IMG/VR virus record: IMGVR_UViG_3300042564_004235
Source: a virus
Lineage: Duplodnaviria > Heunggongvirae > Uroviricota > Caudoviricetes
Reading direction: 5' to 3' (one strand)
Length of the DNA: 64,000 bases
Position numbers and translations under genes: made by a program. Position 1 is the stretch's first letter. Each line of letters opens with the position of its first letter. Shown one piece after another: positions 1 to 9,202 of the stretch. The notes below the pieces were generated by a model. That model was not told where the DNA came from and did no database searches. It worked only from the letters and a program-made list of their open reading frames with translations.

Positions 1-67
1 TCATACAAACATTTCATTTTTTGATAAAAATAAAGTAATAGGAAGATTGGATTATTGGGGATCTGAA

Positions 68-940
68 ATGGAAAGATTAGAAAAATTAAAAATCCATAAA
101 CAAAGACTTGCACAACAAGACGTATTAAGAGAAGATGATGATTGGAATGTTGAAAATAATGACAAAGAATCAAATGAAACCGAAGCAATTTTTGAGTACC
201 TTAAAGAAAACGGTGTTGTAGAAGAAGGTGAAGATAAGTATTTTTTATTTAAAGAGAATTATAACCATTACGGAGACTCAAGTGTCTATCTTTGGTTAGG
301 ATCAAAAAACTTTGAAAGTGAATATGTTGTTTATGAAGGTGATAAAATATATGATGCGGCAAAAGAAAATTTAGAATCACAAATTGAGGAATCTGGTTTT
401 GACACATTTAGAGATTGGGTTTGGGAATACCATATTGATGAAAGATATGTGAGAGACTATCTTTATGAGGACTATAGCGAATACGTTAGACAAAGCCCTG
501 AAGATTGGAATATAACTAAAGAATTTACCAAACAACAAAAACAATATTTAGAAATACACCAAGCAAATATTGATAGACTAAATCAAAAACTCGAAGATGG
601 CGGATTAACCGATGAAGAACAAGAAGAAATTGAAAGTGATATTTACGACTACGAACAATTAATAGAAGACATTAAGGAAAATCCAGAAGGTGATTATAAT
701 GAACAAGAAATTGAAGATACCATAGAAGGTATGGTTGATGATAACAAAGATGATATATTTAGAACTTTAAAAGATAGAGGTTATGATAATCAATACCTTT
801 TAAATTTTGTGGATGTAGATGCTGCCATTGATTACGTAATTAGAACTGATGGGTATGGAAGTATTTTAAATGGTTATGACGGAACTGAAGACTCGTATAC
901 CATCAACGGAGAGGAATATTATGTGATGAGATATAACTAA
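68..940 (+). CDS. hypothetical acidic protein (D/E-rich)
   Basis: ORF track 47..940 begins at a TTG. First in-frame ATG (MERLEKL) is at 68. D/E-rich composition. Confidence 0.5.
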   Translation: MERLEKLKIHKQRLAQQDVLREDDDWNVENNDKESNETEAIFEYLKENGVVEEGEDKYFLFKENYNHYGDSSVYLWLGSKNFESEYVVYEGDKIYDAAKENLESQIEESGFDTFRDWVWEYHIDERYVRDYLYEDYSEYVRQSPEDWNITKEFTKQQKQYLEIHQANIDRLNQKLEDGGLTDEEQEEIESDIYDYEQLIEDIKENPEGDYNEQEIEDTIEGMVDDNKDDIFRTLKDRGYDNQYLLNFVDVDAAIDYVIRTDGYGSILNGYDGTEDSYTINGEEYYVMRYN

Positions 941-989
941 TCATTTACACTCATTAAAAAAACATCTATTTTTTATCTAAAATATTTTA

Positions 990-1739
990 ATGAAGACTGA
1001 CTGGTTATTCCAAGACCCAATAGATTTAGAACACAAACAATTGGTTCTTTTAGGTTATTTACAAAAATTAGATAAAAACTTAAATGGTTTTAAGTTATAC
1101 CCACAGTTTCAAGAAATATCACTACATCTTGCTAGTATCAATTTATTAATTGAAAAAGGTCAAATTTTAACACTTAATAGGACATTGAAGGACCCTGATG
1201 ATGAAATATTAATATCAGATTTAATACCCGTTGATTGTCCTTTACTAACAAAAGAAGAAATTTTAGAGGTTTACCACGTATGTAAATACTCGTCAACAAA
1301 ACTGACAGACTATTTTAATCACGCTAAAGCCATTTGGGATATTGTTAATGATACCGTTTCAATTGATCCAGTACAAAACCCAAAAAACATTGACCCAAAA
1401 CAAGGATTATTCTTTTTAGATTATAATGATAAGACATACCTTTATGAGTTTATTGTAAAACCAATAAAAAAAGATAGTGTGGAGACTAAGTGCCACATAA
1501 AAAAAATATGTGAATGTCCAAAAGGTGATTTTGACGATAAACTAAAAGAGGTTAAAAAACCACTAATTAAAAATTTACAGGACCCAAAGGTTCATAGTAA
1601 ATTGATTGTTTTTACTATTAACCACAATAATAATTACCCACTCAAAGAAACATTAATTCCTATTGCAAAAAGGAAAATAATGAACTACATGATTCAATCA
1701 AAAATTATTAAACACAAAAATTTGACAAATAAAATTTAG
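990..1739 (+). CDS. hypothetical protein
   Basis: 249-aa ORF with K/N/D-rich composition like the rest of the proteome. Confidence 0.5.
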   Translation: MKTDWLFQDPIDLEHKQLVLLGYLQKLDKNLNGFKLYPQFQEISLHLASINLLIEKGQILTLNRTLKDPDDEILISDLIPVDCPLLTKEEILEVYHVCKYSSTKLTDYFNHAKAIWDIVNDTVSIDPVQNPKNIDPKQGLFFLDYNDKTYLYEFIVKPIKKDSVETKCHIKKICECPKGDFDDKLKEVKKPLIKNLQDPKVHSKLIVFTINHNNNYPLKETLIPIAKRKIMNYMIQSKIIKHKNLTNKI

Positions 1740-1765
1740 TTTGATATTATTGAAATAAAAAAGTC

Positions 1766-1960
1766 ATGATAGTAAAACAAAGATCATTAAACGAGTTAAG
1801 ACAAGAAAAAGAGTTTGGGTACAAACACCCATCAGTTCAAAAAAAAGAAATCAACGTTGATTCAAAAGTAATAATTGAACTAGTAAAAAAATACCCTAAC
1901 GACATGGAGTTAGGTAAACAAGTAAGAAATTATTTAAACCAACTTGGGATTTATGAGTAA
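1766..1960 (+). CDS. hypothetical small protein
   Basis: 64-aa ORF in gene-dense context. Confidence 0.4.
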   Translation: MIVKQRSLNELRQEKEFGYKHPSVQKKEINVDSKVIIELVKKYPNDMELGKQVRNYLNQLGIYE

Positions 1961-2174
1961 TGAACAAGTAAATCACCCACAACATTATGGGGGAGAAGAT
2001 AACACATATGAAGCTATCAAGGTAATTGATGCGTGGGATTTAGGGTTCTCACTTGGTAATACTATTAAATACATATCAAGAGCCGGTAAAAAAAATAAAG
2101 AAAAGGAGTTGGAGGACCTAAAAAAGGCGTTGTGGTATTTACAACACCATATAAATACATTAGATAAAAAATGA
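1953..2174 (+). CDS. DUF3310-like small phage protein
   Basis: Motifs HPxHYGG, EAIKVI, GNxIKYIsRAGKK and DLKKAxWYL are recalled as typical of phage DUF3310 proteins. ATG at 1953; the track start at 1944 is a TTG. Confidence 0.45.
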   Translation: MSNEQVNHPQHYGGEDNTYEAIKVIDAWDLGFSLGNTIKYISRAGKKNKEKELEDLKKALWYLQHHINTLDKK

Positions 2175-2821
2175 AATATTTTTATTTTTTGTTAATATTG
2201 TTATTAACATCTTGTATTGAAATAATTGAAGATTTAAAATTAAACTCCGACGGATCAGGAACTTTTAAGTATTCAATTAACCTTAGTCAAAGTAAAACCA
2301 AAACCTCAGCAATACTTGCTCTTGATAGTTTATATGGTGAAAAAGTTCCTGAAATATCTGAAATAAAACAAAAAATTAGTTTTTTTAAAAAAACATTACA
2401 AGAACAAGAAGGTATCACAAATGTTACTATCACAGAAGATTATGAAAACTATATTGTAAGACTTCAGTGTGATTTTAAAAACGTGGAAATATTAGAAAGA
2501 GCATTAAAAAGTTCAGTATCAAAGTTATATCAAACAAATGAGTACGACTATGATTGGATATGTTACAAGGGTAAAACTTTAATTAGAAAGACACCAGTAC
2601 TTTATTTAGATGATATTAGAAAGTTTGGTGATAAGGATATTGATAAGTTAAAAACAGGTACCTATACTTCAATAACAAGATTTGCATCTAAAATAGACAC
2701 ATTTGAAAACATAAACTCAATTAGGTCTAAAAGTAATATGGCACTTATGATTAAAGTAAGTCCCGATATGTTATTGATAAATCAAAACTTGTTAGATAAT
2801 AAAATTAAATTACAAAAATGA
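2171..2821 (+). CDS. lipoprotein
   Basis: N-terminal signal peptide MKYFYFLLILLLTSC with a Bacteroidetes-type lipobox Cys. Start overlaps the previous stop in ATGA. Confidence 0.55.
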   Translation: MKYFYFLLILLLTSCIEIIEDLKLNSDGSGTFKYSINLSQSKTKTSAILALDSLYGEKVPEISEIKQKISFFKKTLQEQEGITNVTITEDYENYIVRLQCDFKNVEILERALKSSVSKLYQTNEYDYDWICYKGKTLIRKTPVLYLDDIRKFGDKDIDKLKTGTYTSITRFASKIDTFENINSIRSKSNMALMIKVSPDMLLINQNLLDNKIKLQK

Positions 2822-3666
2822 TAGAAACAAACAAGATTATAAATGGTGACTGCGTTGAGGTCATGAAAACATTACCTGAAGGTTGTATTGACCTAATCGT
2901 GACCTCACCACCCTATGGTGTTGGTATTGCTTATGATACGCATGATGACGACGTTGATTTTCAAGAATATGTTGTGTTTGCAAGAAATTGGTTAACTGAA
3001 GCTTATAAAGTATTAAAAGATGATGGAAGAATTGCATTAAACATCCCTTACGAAATTAACAGACAAAAGAAGGGTGGGAGAATATTCTTTGTTTCGGAGA
3101 TGTACCAAATAATGAAAGAAATCGGTTTTGGATTCTTTGGTATTGTTGATTTAGAAGAACAATCACCTCATCGTAGTAAAACCACAGCATGGGGATCGTG
3201 GATGAGTCCATCCAGTCCTTATATCTATAACCCAAAGGAATGTGTTATTTTGGCATATAAAAAAGTTCATATTAAAAAGGTTAAAGGTGAACCACAATGG
3301 AAAGGAGTCCCTACAGAGATAGAGCAAGAAGACGGAACTTTTAAGAAAAAAGTGGTGTACGAAGAACAAGATAAAAAAGAATTCATGGAACTTGTATTTG
3401 GTCAATGGAATTATTTTGCCGATACTAAGTCTCTAACCAAAGCAACCTTTTCAATGGACATACCAACAAAGGCAATCAAGATATTATCATATAAAGATGA
3501 TATAGTATTGGACCCATTTGCTGGAAGTGGTACTAGTTTAGTTGCCGCTGAAGTTCTCGGACGAAGGTGGTTAGGAATAGAACTATCACCAAACTACACC
3601 GAAATTGCGAAAACAAGAGTAGAATACTTTAAAAAGTTAGAAGATATTAAAGAAGACCAACAGTAA
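2818..3666 (+). CDS. DNA methyltransferase (beta-class N4-cytosine/N6-adenine)
   Basis: Motif IV DLIVTSPPYGVG precedes motif I VLDPFAGSGTSLVAAEVLGRRWLGIE, the beta-class order. SPPY points to amino-MTases (N4C or N6A). Confidence 0.85.
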   Translation: MIETNKIINGDCVEVMKTLPEGCIDLIVTSPPYGVGIAYDTHDDDVDFQEYVVFARNWLTEAYKVLKDDGRIALNIPYEINRQKKGGRIFFVSEMYQIMKEIGFGFFGIVDLEEQSPHRSKTTAWGSWMSPSSPYIYNPKECVILAYKKVHIKKVKGEPQWKGVPTEIEQEDGTFKKKVVYEEQDKKEFMELVFGQWNYFADTKSLTKATFSMDIPTKAIKILSYKDDIVLDPFAGSGTSLVAAEVLGRRWLGIELSPNYTEIAKTRVEYFKKLEDIKEDQQ

Positions 3667-3702
3667 TGTTGGTTTTTTTGTTTTGTTTCATATTTATTTA
3701 GT

Positions 3703-5442
3703 ATGAAAAGACTAATCAAAGAATCGGGAATTAGAGACATTAATTTACTGGCAAAAAGATACAAGAAAGCTAAAATATACTTTCACCAAGATTTAGATGG
3801 GGTTACTACGGCAATTGCAATGAAAAACTACCTTGAACAAAACGGTATTAATGTTGTTGATGCTGAAATTATTCAATACGGAGATAAAGAATTTGGAATA
3901 AAAAAACCTGAAGGTAGTGGTGAAGTTATGCCAGTTTTAGTTGATTTTGCACACGGAAAACCAATGTTTGTTATTCATACAGACCATCACGACAGTCAAG
4001 CGGGTGTAGAAAAGGACACCGCAACAAACTTCAAATCGTCAAGATCAAACGTTGAAACAATTTCACAAAGTATATCACCAAAAGAAATATTCACATCAGA
4101 AGACATACACCTAATATCAACAGTTGATTCTGCAAATTTTGCAGTAAATGACATAACACCGGAAATGGTAATGAATTATCTCTTCAAATATGATAAAAAT
4201 GAATCATTGAAAAGAAATAAAATGTTAATGGGGCTTGTAACAAACAAACTACTATTAGCATTTAAAAACAAACCAAAATTTTTAGAGCGACTTGTTTTAG
4301 AAGCAAAACCATCACTTTTGAGTATATTAAATTTGATTAAAAAAATCATAAAAGAAAAAGGTTATGCGAATATAGATGATTTAGTAAAAAATCAAGAAGA
4401 CTACGTTTCTAAAATGAAAAATTATAAAAATCTTGATGTACAAGGTAATGTGATTGTTCAATACGGAGGAGGATCAATGGTGAAGTCGGGATCTTATGAT
4501 AGGTATACACCATTTAGAAATAATCCTGATGCTGATTTTATTGTGATGGCTTGGCCTAAAGGGTTGGTTCAGTCTTCTTGCAATCCATACAAAAAAGAAA
4601 GAGCGTTAAAGGGTGTTGATTTAGGTGAGATAAAAGATGAGGTTTTAGATGTTTTTAAAAATGAATTAACCTCACAAAAAATAACATTTGGTACCCTAAA
4701 AAGATTATCTGAAATGGGAACGGAATATGGATCTGTTGGGTTTACATTTAAAGATATGATGGCAATATATGGAAACTCGCCTTCATTTAAAATACAAGGG
4801 GATTATGGAAGTTTAAGAGATATTTTATCTAATATATCATCTAGACTATATAGAAGTTTAAGTGAAAAACAAAGAATGTTATTAGATAAAGTTTCGGTTA
4901 ATGGGTTAGATGTTATAAAAGCTAATTCAGGAGGACATAAATGTATTACAAATATATCAGGTATTAATTTTTTATATAGTGGTAAAAAACAAGAAGGCGA
5001 TAGAAAATATGTTGATCTATTAAAGGATATTCAAAAAACATTTGTTGATATATTAAATAAAAAAATAGGGACACCAGCTAACCTAAAAGAATCTAAAGAA
5101 AGTTATAAAAAAGGTGTTGAATCACTTTTAAAAAATCATATAAAGGGTGGTAAAACTTTATCAGAAAAAGAATGGGACTATATAATGGAAAAATTAGATT
5201 GTGTTGTTGATAATAGAGGACAATGGGATCATCCTGAAAAATGTACAATGATTGAAAGTAATTCTATAACTATGAAAAACGTACCATACCCATTATTAGG
5301 TATTGATGATACTGGACATACAAAGTTAATGTTACCCGAAAAAACGTATAAATTTCCAGGTAATAACGTTTTTGAAATCCCACTTAAAGGAAAACACAAA
5401 ACTCTTGGAATAGAATTATTAAAAAATTTATCAAACTACTAG
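3703..5442 (+). CDS. DHH/DHHA1-family phosphoesterase
   Basis: DHH motif I FHQDLDG, motif III VIHTDHHDS, and a C-terminal DHHA1-like motif KANSGGHKCITN (GGGH-like). Confidence 0.7.
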   Translation: MKRLIKESGIRDINLLAKRYKKAKIYFHQDLDGVTTAIAMKNYLEQNGINVVDAEIIQYGDKEFGIKKPEGSGEVMPVLVDFAHGKPMFVIHTDHHDSQAGVEKDTATNFKSSRSNVETISQSISPKEIFTSEDIHLISTVDSANFAVNDITPEMVMNYLFKYDKNESLKRNKMLMGLVTNKLLLAFKNKPKFLERLVLEAKPSLLSILNLIKKIIKEKGYANIDDLVKNQEDYVSKMKNYKNLDVQGNVIVQYGGGSMVKSGSYDRYTPFRNNPDADFIVMAWPKGLVQSSCNPYKKERALKGVDLGEIKDEVLDVFKNELTSQKITFGTLKRLSEMGTEYGSVGFTFKDMMAIYGNSPSFKIQGDYGSLRDILSNISSRLYRSLSEKQRMLLDKVSVNGLDVIKANSGGHKCITNISGINFLYSGKKQEGDRKYVDLLKDIQKTFVDILNKKIGTPANLKESKESYKKGVESLLKNHIKGGKTLSEKEWDYIMEKLDCVVDNRGQWDHPEKCTMIESNSITMKNVPYPLLGIDDTGHTKLMLPEKTYKFPGNNVFEIPLKGKHKTLGIELLKNLSNY

Positions 5443-5535
5443 TTTTTTGTAACATATTTATATATTTATAAAATACCTCTAACAAAATTCATTATTTTTT
5501 TAAAAAAACAATTGACAGTTTAGAATAAATGTTTT

Positions 5536-5560
5536 AGATTTGTAAAACAATTAGGAAATG
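5536..5560 (+). promoter_or_regulatory. Bacteroidetes -7 promoter element (TAgaTTTG) plus conserved TTTGTAAAACAA leader
   Basis: ttgacag at about -33, then tagatttgtaaaacaa. Same module as at 5764, 18431 and 18612. Confidence 0.4.
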
Positions 5561-5591
5561 TCCTAATAATAAATTGAAATAATGTTAAGAC

Positions 5592-5732
5592 ATGAGCGAA
5601 GATCAAGTTGTAAATGAAATTTACGCCTACATCAATAACGAAGGTCAGAAAGTATATACACCTAATTATCAGTTTGCTGATATCATGGCTAAAAAATACG
5701 GAACTGACAAGGTGTACGTAGAAAAAAATTAA
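5592..5732 (+). CDS. small hypothetical protein (46 aa)
   Basis: Hand translation gives MSEDQVVNEIYAYINNEGQKVYTPNYQFADIMAKKYGTDKVYVEKN with stop at 5730-5732. Lies between two copies of the TTTGTAAAACAA promoter module. Confidence 0.3.
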   Translation: MSEDQVVNEIYAYINNEGQKVYTPNYQFADIMAKKYGTDKVYVEKN

Positions 5733-5763
5733 AAAAGTACTTGTCTAATTGAAAAAAAAGACT

Positions 5764-5790
5764 TAACTTTGTAAAACAAATCAGGAAAAG
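5764..5790 (+). promoter_or_regulatory. Bacteroidetes -7 promoter element (TAacTTTG) plus TTTGTAAAACAA leader; drives the GC-rich non-coding unit
   Basis: acttgtc ... taactttgtaaaacaaatcaggaaaagacc...gttctttgaaaaac. Same module as upstream of the tRNA genes. Confidence 0.4.
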
Positions 5791-5849
5791 ACCTGAAACG
5801 TTCTTTGAAAAACTAAAACCGACTGAAATTGTCGTCACAATTATAAAAA

Positions 5850-6696
5850 GCGAATTAACACCTCCCTTTCTTTAAGTGTGAAACTAAATTAAGTCATTGG
5901 GCCGTGTATGGTCCATTAAAATAAACCACGAAAGTGGGATAAAGTGAACCTAACGTGTAATGGGTTTGCGTCTTGGTGAGTCTTATGACTTGTTGAGGTC
6001 GAGTACACAAGCGGGATACCGTTTAACCTTTAGTACCGAGGGCAACGCTGTAGGGAAAGTGGTTCGACGAACTGGCAATGTGGGTTGTCAGTTTGAGGTG
6101 GGAACACCAAGAGGAATAACCCGTAGGAATTATGCAAAAAATAAGATTATCCGATTTTATTATTGCGTGTTCCATTATGATAGGGTACTTAAAACCGAAA
6201 GGTATGTTCGTGTACAGGTGGTGCTGTTACCAACCCTAATAATTCCTTACCAAAGGAATTGTTTTGAAGTAATCTTGATGTATGGAAATGGGGACATTTC
6301 ACAGAGTAGTTGAGTATCGATTCGTCCAAAAGATGGGTTGGCTCGGTTGGCAGACCACTACTTTGACAATCCACAACACACAACATTAATTTACATTAGG
6401 CTGTAAACTCTAAAAAGTAAAAATGTAAAAGTGTCTGTCAGGTTTGAATGAAAGGTGACTACATAGTAATGAGCCGTTCATTGCACACAAGGATCCCAAG
6501 TCTGAGTGTAATTATCCGAAAAACCTTTAGTCCCGCAAGGACGAACTGGGGAGGCATCCTCGGAAAGAGTCAAGTAAGGTGAGAGTAATTCAAACCTCAA
6601 GGAGTGATTCACCTAAATAATCGTCACTGAGGAATACTTCTCAAAAGGAAGTGGATAAGAGTAGAATAAATAATGACTCTAAAGGTTCTCAATAAC
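5850..6696 (+). ncRNA. candidate large structured non-coding RNA (GC-rich block, unknown family)
   Basis: About 50% GC against ~30% in the flanks. No ORF with proteome-like composition or start context. Promoter module upstream at 5764 and terminator at 6697-6720. Internal repeated segment cctttagtNccg...gacgaactgg at ~6027 and ~6527. Confidence 0.35.
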
Positions 6697-6720
6697 AGGT
6701 GTAATCTCAACCTTTTTTTA
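6697..6720 (+). terminator. rho-independent terminator
   Basis: aggtgtaatctcaacct hairpin followed by ttttttt. Confidence 0.5.
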
Positions 6721-6811
6721 AAACATGATTACTGGTAAAAAAAATTGATGGATGATAAAATATTATTGTCCATTTTTTTGTGCATTAAAAATTTTTGCAT
6801 ATCTTTGTATC

Positions 6812-7195
6812 ATGAAAGAAGGAAAAGCAATCAGAGACACACAAGTAAAGGCAATCAAAATGGTTTTGAAAGAATCAAATTTTGAATTAAAACAGGTAGA
6901 TAATGCCGCGTATTCTGAACTTGATAAGGCGGTTGTAAAAATTGTTAATGTAAGAAAATATAAAAACAGTTGGGGTAGTAGTTTTTTGTATGAAGTTGAT
7001 GTGGTTGTTGATATGAGAGTATACGGTAGTTATTTTTACTCAAACAGATACTGTGAAAGATTTAAAGTAAGATGTAATGGTTATTATAGATACAAAATTG
7101 AAAAAATAATAGCAAATGAGATTAAATATTTTGGCGTAGATACTCACTATGATAATGTGAATATTAAAAAAATAACTTACAAAGAAATTGTTTAA
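6812..7195 (+). CDS. hypothetical protein
   Basis: ATG 6812 (MKEGKAIRD) lies 6 nt after a -7 box atatctttgtatc. The track start at 6752 is probably an upstream extension. Confidence 0.5.
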   Translation: MKEGKAIRDTQVKAIKMVLKESNFELKQVDNAAYSELDKAVVKIVNVRKYKNSWGSSFLYEVDVVVDMRVYGSYFYSNRYCERFKVRCNGYYRYKIEKIIANEIKYFGVDTHYDNVNIKKITYKEIV

Positions 7196-7233
7196 TTTAA
7201 AATTTATTCTTAACTTTACAATAAATAAAAAAT

Positions 7234-7500
7234 ATGGCAACACATAAACACGTATTGATAGTTCATCCTAAGTTCGGAGAAGTTTTAAATGAGACTTTCA
7301 TGGATGAGGTGCAGTTTAAAATATTTTTAAATATGATTCACTCTTCAATAGAGTTGAATCAAAACCTTTCAACCTTTAACGGTAAGGACTTCTTAGTTCA
7401 TATACCAAACTCAATACTAAAAGAGTCATTAGTTATTGGTAAGACAAAAGAGGTGTCCATGGCTGAGGTGGTACTTGCAAAATCTAAATTGGAGGAATAG
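7234..7500 (+). CDS. hypothetical protein
   Basis: 88-aa ORF. Confidence 0.45.
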   Translation: MATHKHVLIVHPKFGEVLNETFMDEVQFKIFLNMIHSSIELNQNLSTFNGKDFLVHIPNSILKESLVIGKTKEVSMAEVVLAKSKLEE

Positions 7501-7566
7501 TTTCTTTGTTAATCTTTAAAACAAAGTGGTGGCAGTTCGCACACATCTTGTGTCGACCCTAAAATA

Positions 7567-7591
7567 GGTGAGGTAATACTCACCTTTTTTT
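7567..7591 (+). terminator. rho-independent terminator
   Basis: ggtgaggtaatactcacc followed by a T7 run. Confidence 0.6.
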
Positions 7592-7612
7592 ATTATTGAT
7601 ATATTTATATGT

Positions 7613-8005
7613 ATGATAATTCAATTAACAGAATCGCAACTAATAAATGTAATTAAAAATGTTACTAATAATAACAATTATATATATGAAGATATATATG
7701 GATCTGTTGAGGTAACCAAATTTAAAGACAATAATTTTTTAAATGAGGCAGAATACCAAGGAAGAAAAGTACAACTTGGTAAAATAATGCAAGGAGACAT
7801 TAAAAAATTCAAAGTCTATGTAAAAAACGACAAAGGAAAGGTTGTTAAAGTAAACTTTGGTTTTGGTGGTAAATCAGCTAAAGGTAAAAGGATGGTCATA
7901 AAGAAAAACAATCCTGAAAGAAGAAGATCTTTCAGAGCAAGACATAATTGTGATAATCCTGGACCAAGATGGAAACCAAGATATTGGGCATGTAGAACAT
8001 GGTAA
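7613..8005 (+). CDS. leader-family protein with basic C-terminus
   Basis: N-terminus MIIQLTESQLINVIKNV matches the shared [16 protein letters not shown]-like leader. C-terminus is K/R-rich (RRRSFRARHNCDNPGPRWKPRYW). Confidence 0.55.
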   Translation: MIIQLTESQLINVIKNVTNNNNYIYEDIYGSVEVTKFKDNNFLNEAEYQGRKVQLGKIMQGDIKKFKVYVKNDKGKVVKVNFGFGGKSAKGKRMVIKKNNPERRRSFRARHNCDNPGPRWKPRYWACRTW

Positions 8006-8031
8006 TAAAATAAATAAATAAATAAAACAAA

Positions 8032-8562
8032 ATGAGTAAAAGTTATAGTAAAATTAGACACATGCAAGAATCCAACCAAAGATTGGAGAATAATTTTTTA
8101 AATGAACAAAACGCAAATCTTGCTGGATTAAAGGCAAGAGTTGGTACTGGAATTAAAAACATTTTCACAAAATCTGAAAATGACATGTCACCAAGAATTG
8201 AAGCGGCGTTTGCTAGAGTAACCGCAAAAGGAAATCAATTGAGAAATGATTTAGCGGAATTTAGAGCCGATTATCAAAAATTATATACAGATAGAAAAGT
8301 TTATTTAGATAATGCGGTTGCAAAATTAAAAGCAAAAGGAAAGGCAAATGCCGGAAAAGTTGAACAAAGATTAGCATCACTAGATCAAAATTTTAATAAT
8401 ATCCAAGCAAAAATTGCAGAATTGGATAAAGTTATTTATGATGCTTTCTACACACAAAAGGGTCTGTTGTTACCAAACCCCGACGAATCTATTGAAGGTG
8501 GTAGTGAAGGTGGTGCTGAAGAAGGTGGATCTGAAGAAGAAGGAACTCAAGAATTACAATAA
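8032..8562 (+). CDS. hypothetical coiled-coil protein
   Basis: Heptad-like composition. C-terminal GGSEGGAEEGGSEEEG low-complexity tail. Confidence 0.5.
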   Translation: MSKSYSKIRHMQESNQRLENNFLNEQNANLAGLKARVGTGIKNIFTKSENDMSPRIEAAFARVTAKGNQLRNDLAEFRADYQKLYTDRKVYLDNAVAKLKAKGKANAGKVEQRLASLDQNFNNIQAKIAELDKVIYDAFYTQKGLLLPNPDESIEGGSEGGAEEGGSEEEGTQELQ

Positions 8563-8570
8563 TATAATAT

Positions 8571-8870
8571 ATGAGTAAAATTATTATAACAGAAGAACAA
8601 CTTGAGAGAATGGTAAAAATTCTTAAAGAAAACCATGAGGAAGGTTCTTATATGGCTAAACAACAATTATTTACAATTGCGACTTTAGCTTATAAGATGT
8701 GGGAAATGATGGAAGAAGGTGAAGAACTTGAAGATTGGATGGAGACAAAAATTGCTCAATCTGAACAATCAATCACCGCAGTAGTTAAATCATACATGTA
8801 CGGAGAAGTTGAAGATAGACTAAAAGGAACGGCAGGTCTTGACTTAGGTGGTCTTATTATTGGTACATAA
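8571..8870 (+). CDS. leader-family small acidic protein
   Basis: N-terminus MSKIIITEEQLERMVKIL is a leader variant. Confidence 0.5.
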   Translation: MSKIIITEEQLERMVKILKENHEEGSYMAKQQLFTIATLAYKMWEMMEEGEELEDWMETKIAQSEQSITAVVKSYMYGEVEDRLKGTAGLDLGGLIIGT

Positions 8871-8891
8871 AAAAACAATATATAAATTAAT

Positions 8892-8926
8892 CCCCCTTTC
8901 TTAGTTGACTGGGGGTTTTTATTTTT
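8892..8926 (+). terminator. rho-independent terminator
   Basis: ccccctttcttagttgactggggg followed by tttttattttt. Confidence 0.55.
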
Positions 8927-9130
8927 GTATTATTATTAAAAAAAGTTATGTACGTAATTATAAAACACATTAAAAAAATAAACAAAAAAAGAGTTCCTGT
9001 AACACTATTAGATAGTCAAGGTGAGATTTGGGAATTTGAAACTGAAGACGAGGCCGAAGAAATGAAAAATATTTTCCAAACCAACTCAGATTCTGGACAC
9101 GTTTACGAAGTTAAAAAGATCTAATAATTT

Positions 9131-9202
9131 GGTTCCGTGGTGAAAGGGATATCACAGTAGATTTCTAATCTTCTATTCCTGGTTCGAGTCCAGGCGGGAC
9201 TA
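9131..9202 (+). tRNA. tRNA-Arg (anticodon TCT), second copy
   Basis: Cloverleaf parts: acceptor GGTTCCG/CGGGACT, D-arm GTGA..TCAC, anticodon arm GTAGA-tttCTaa-TCTTC (one T:T mismatch), T-arm CCTGG-TTCGAGT-CCAGG. Overlaps the 3' end of the minus-strand HNH gene. Confidence 0.55.

Noticed and set aside
3163-3405. Antisense and off-frame ORFs inside confident CDSs: 3163..3405 -, 7040..7243 -, 7816..8079 -, 15540..15761 -, 15928..16245 -, 24295..24580 -, 25177..25500 -, 26091..26306 -, 28267..28716 -, 31018..31251 -, 31517..31792 -, 32475..32756 -, 33000..33409 -, 35472..35726 +, 47262..47480 -, 48492..48776 -, 49661..49843 +, 50108..50353 -, 51732..52082 -, 53835..54029 -, 54559..54825 -, 59544..59726 -, 61536..61984, 62066..62254 -, 63542..63736 -
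   Set aside because: Each is nested in or antisense to a longer ORF with recognisable motifs or proper start context. Typical AT-rich spurious frames.
5960-6386. ORF-track proteins 5960..6313 (+) and 6189..6386 (-) inside the GC-rich block
   Set aside because: R/G/V-rich composition is unlike the K/N/E/D-rich proteome. There is no promoter-proximal ATG context. The local GC is ~50%. More likely non-coding structured RNA.
5850-6696. Identification of the GC-rich block as RNase P RNA, tmRNA, or a group I/II intron
   Set aside because: Could not find RNase P P4/CR motifs, a tmRNA tag ORF or ...ACCA 3' tRNA-like end, a group II GUGYG/domain V, or an RT/maturase ORF. Left as an unknown large RNA.
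8947-9124. Apparent 58-aa small ORF between 8.95 and 9.12 kb
   Set aside because: Careful re-reading across the line break shows an in-frame TAG after 22 codons (…gta aac act att aga tag). The downstream frame only opens at an ATG 20 codons before the stop. No credible gene.
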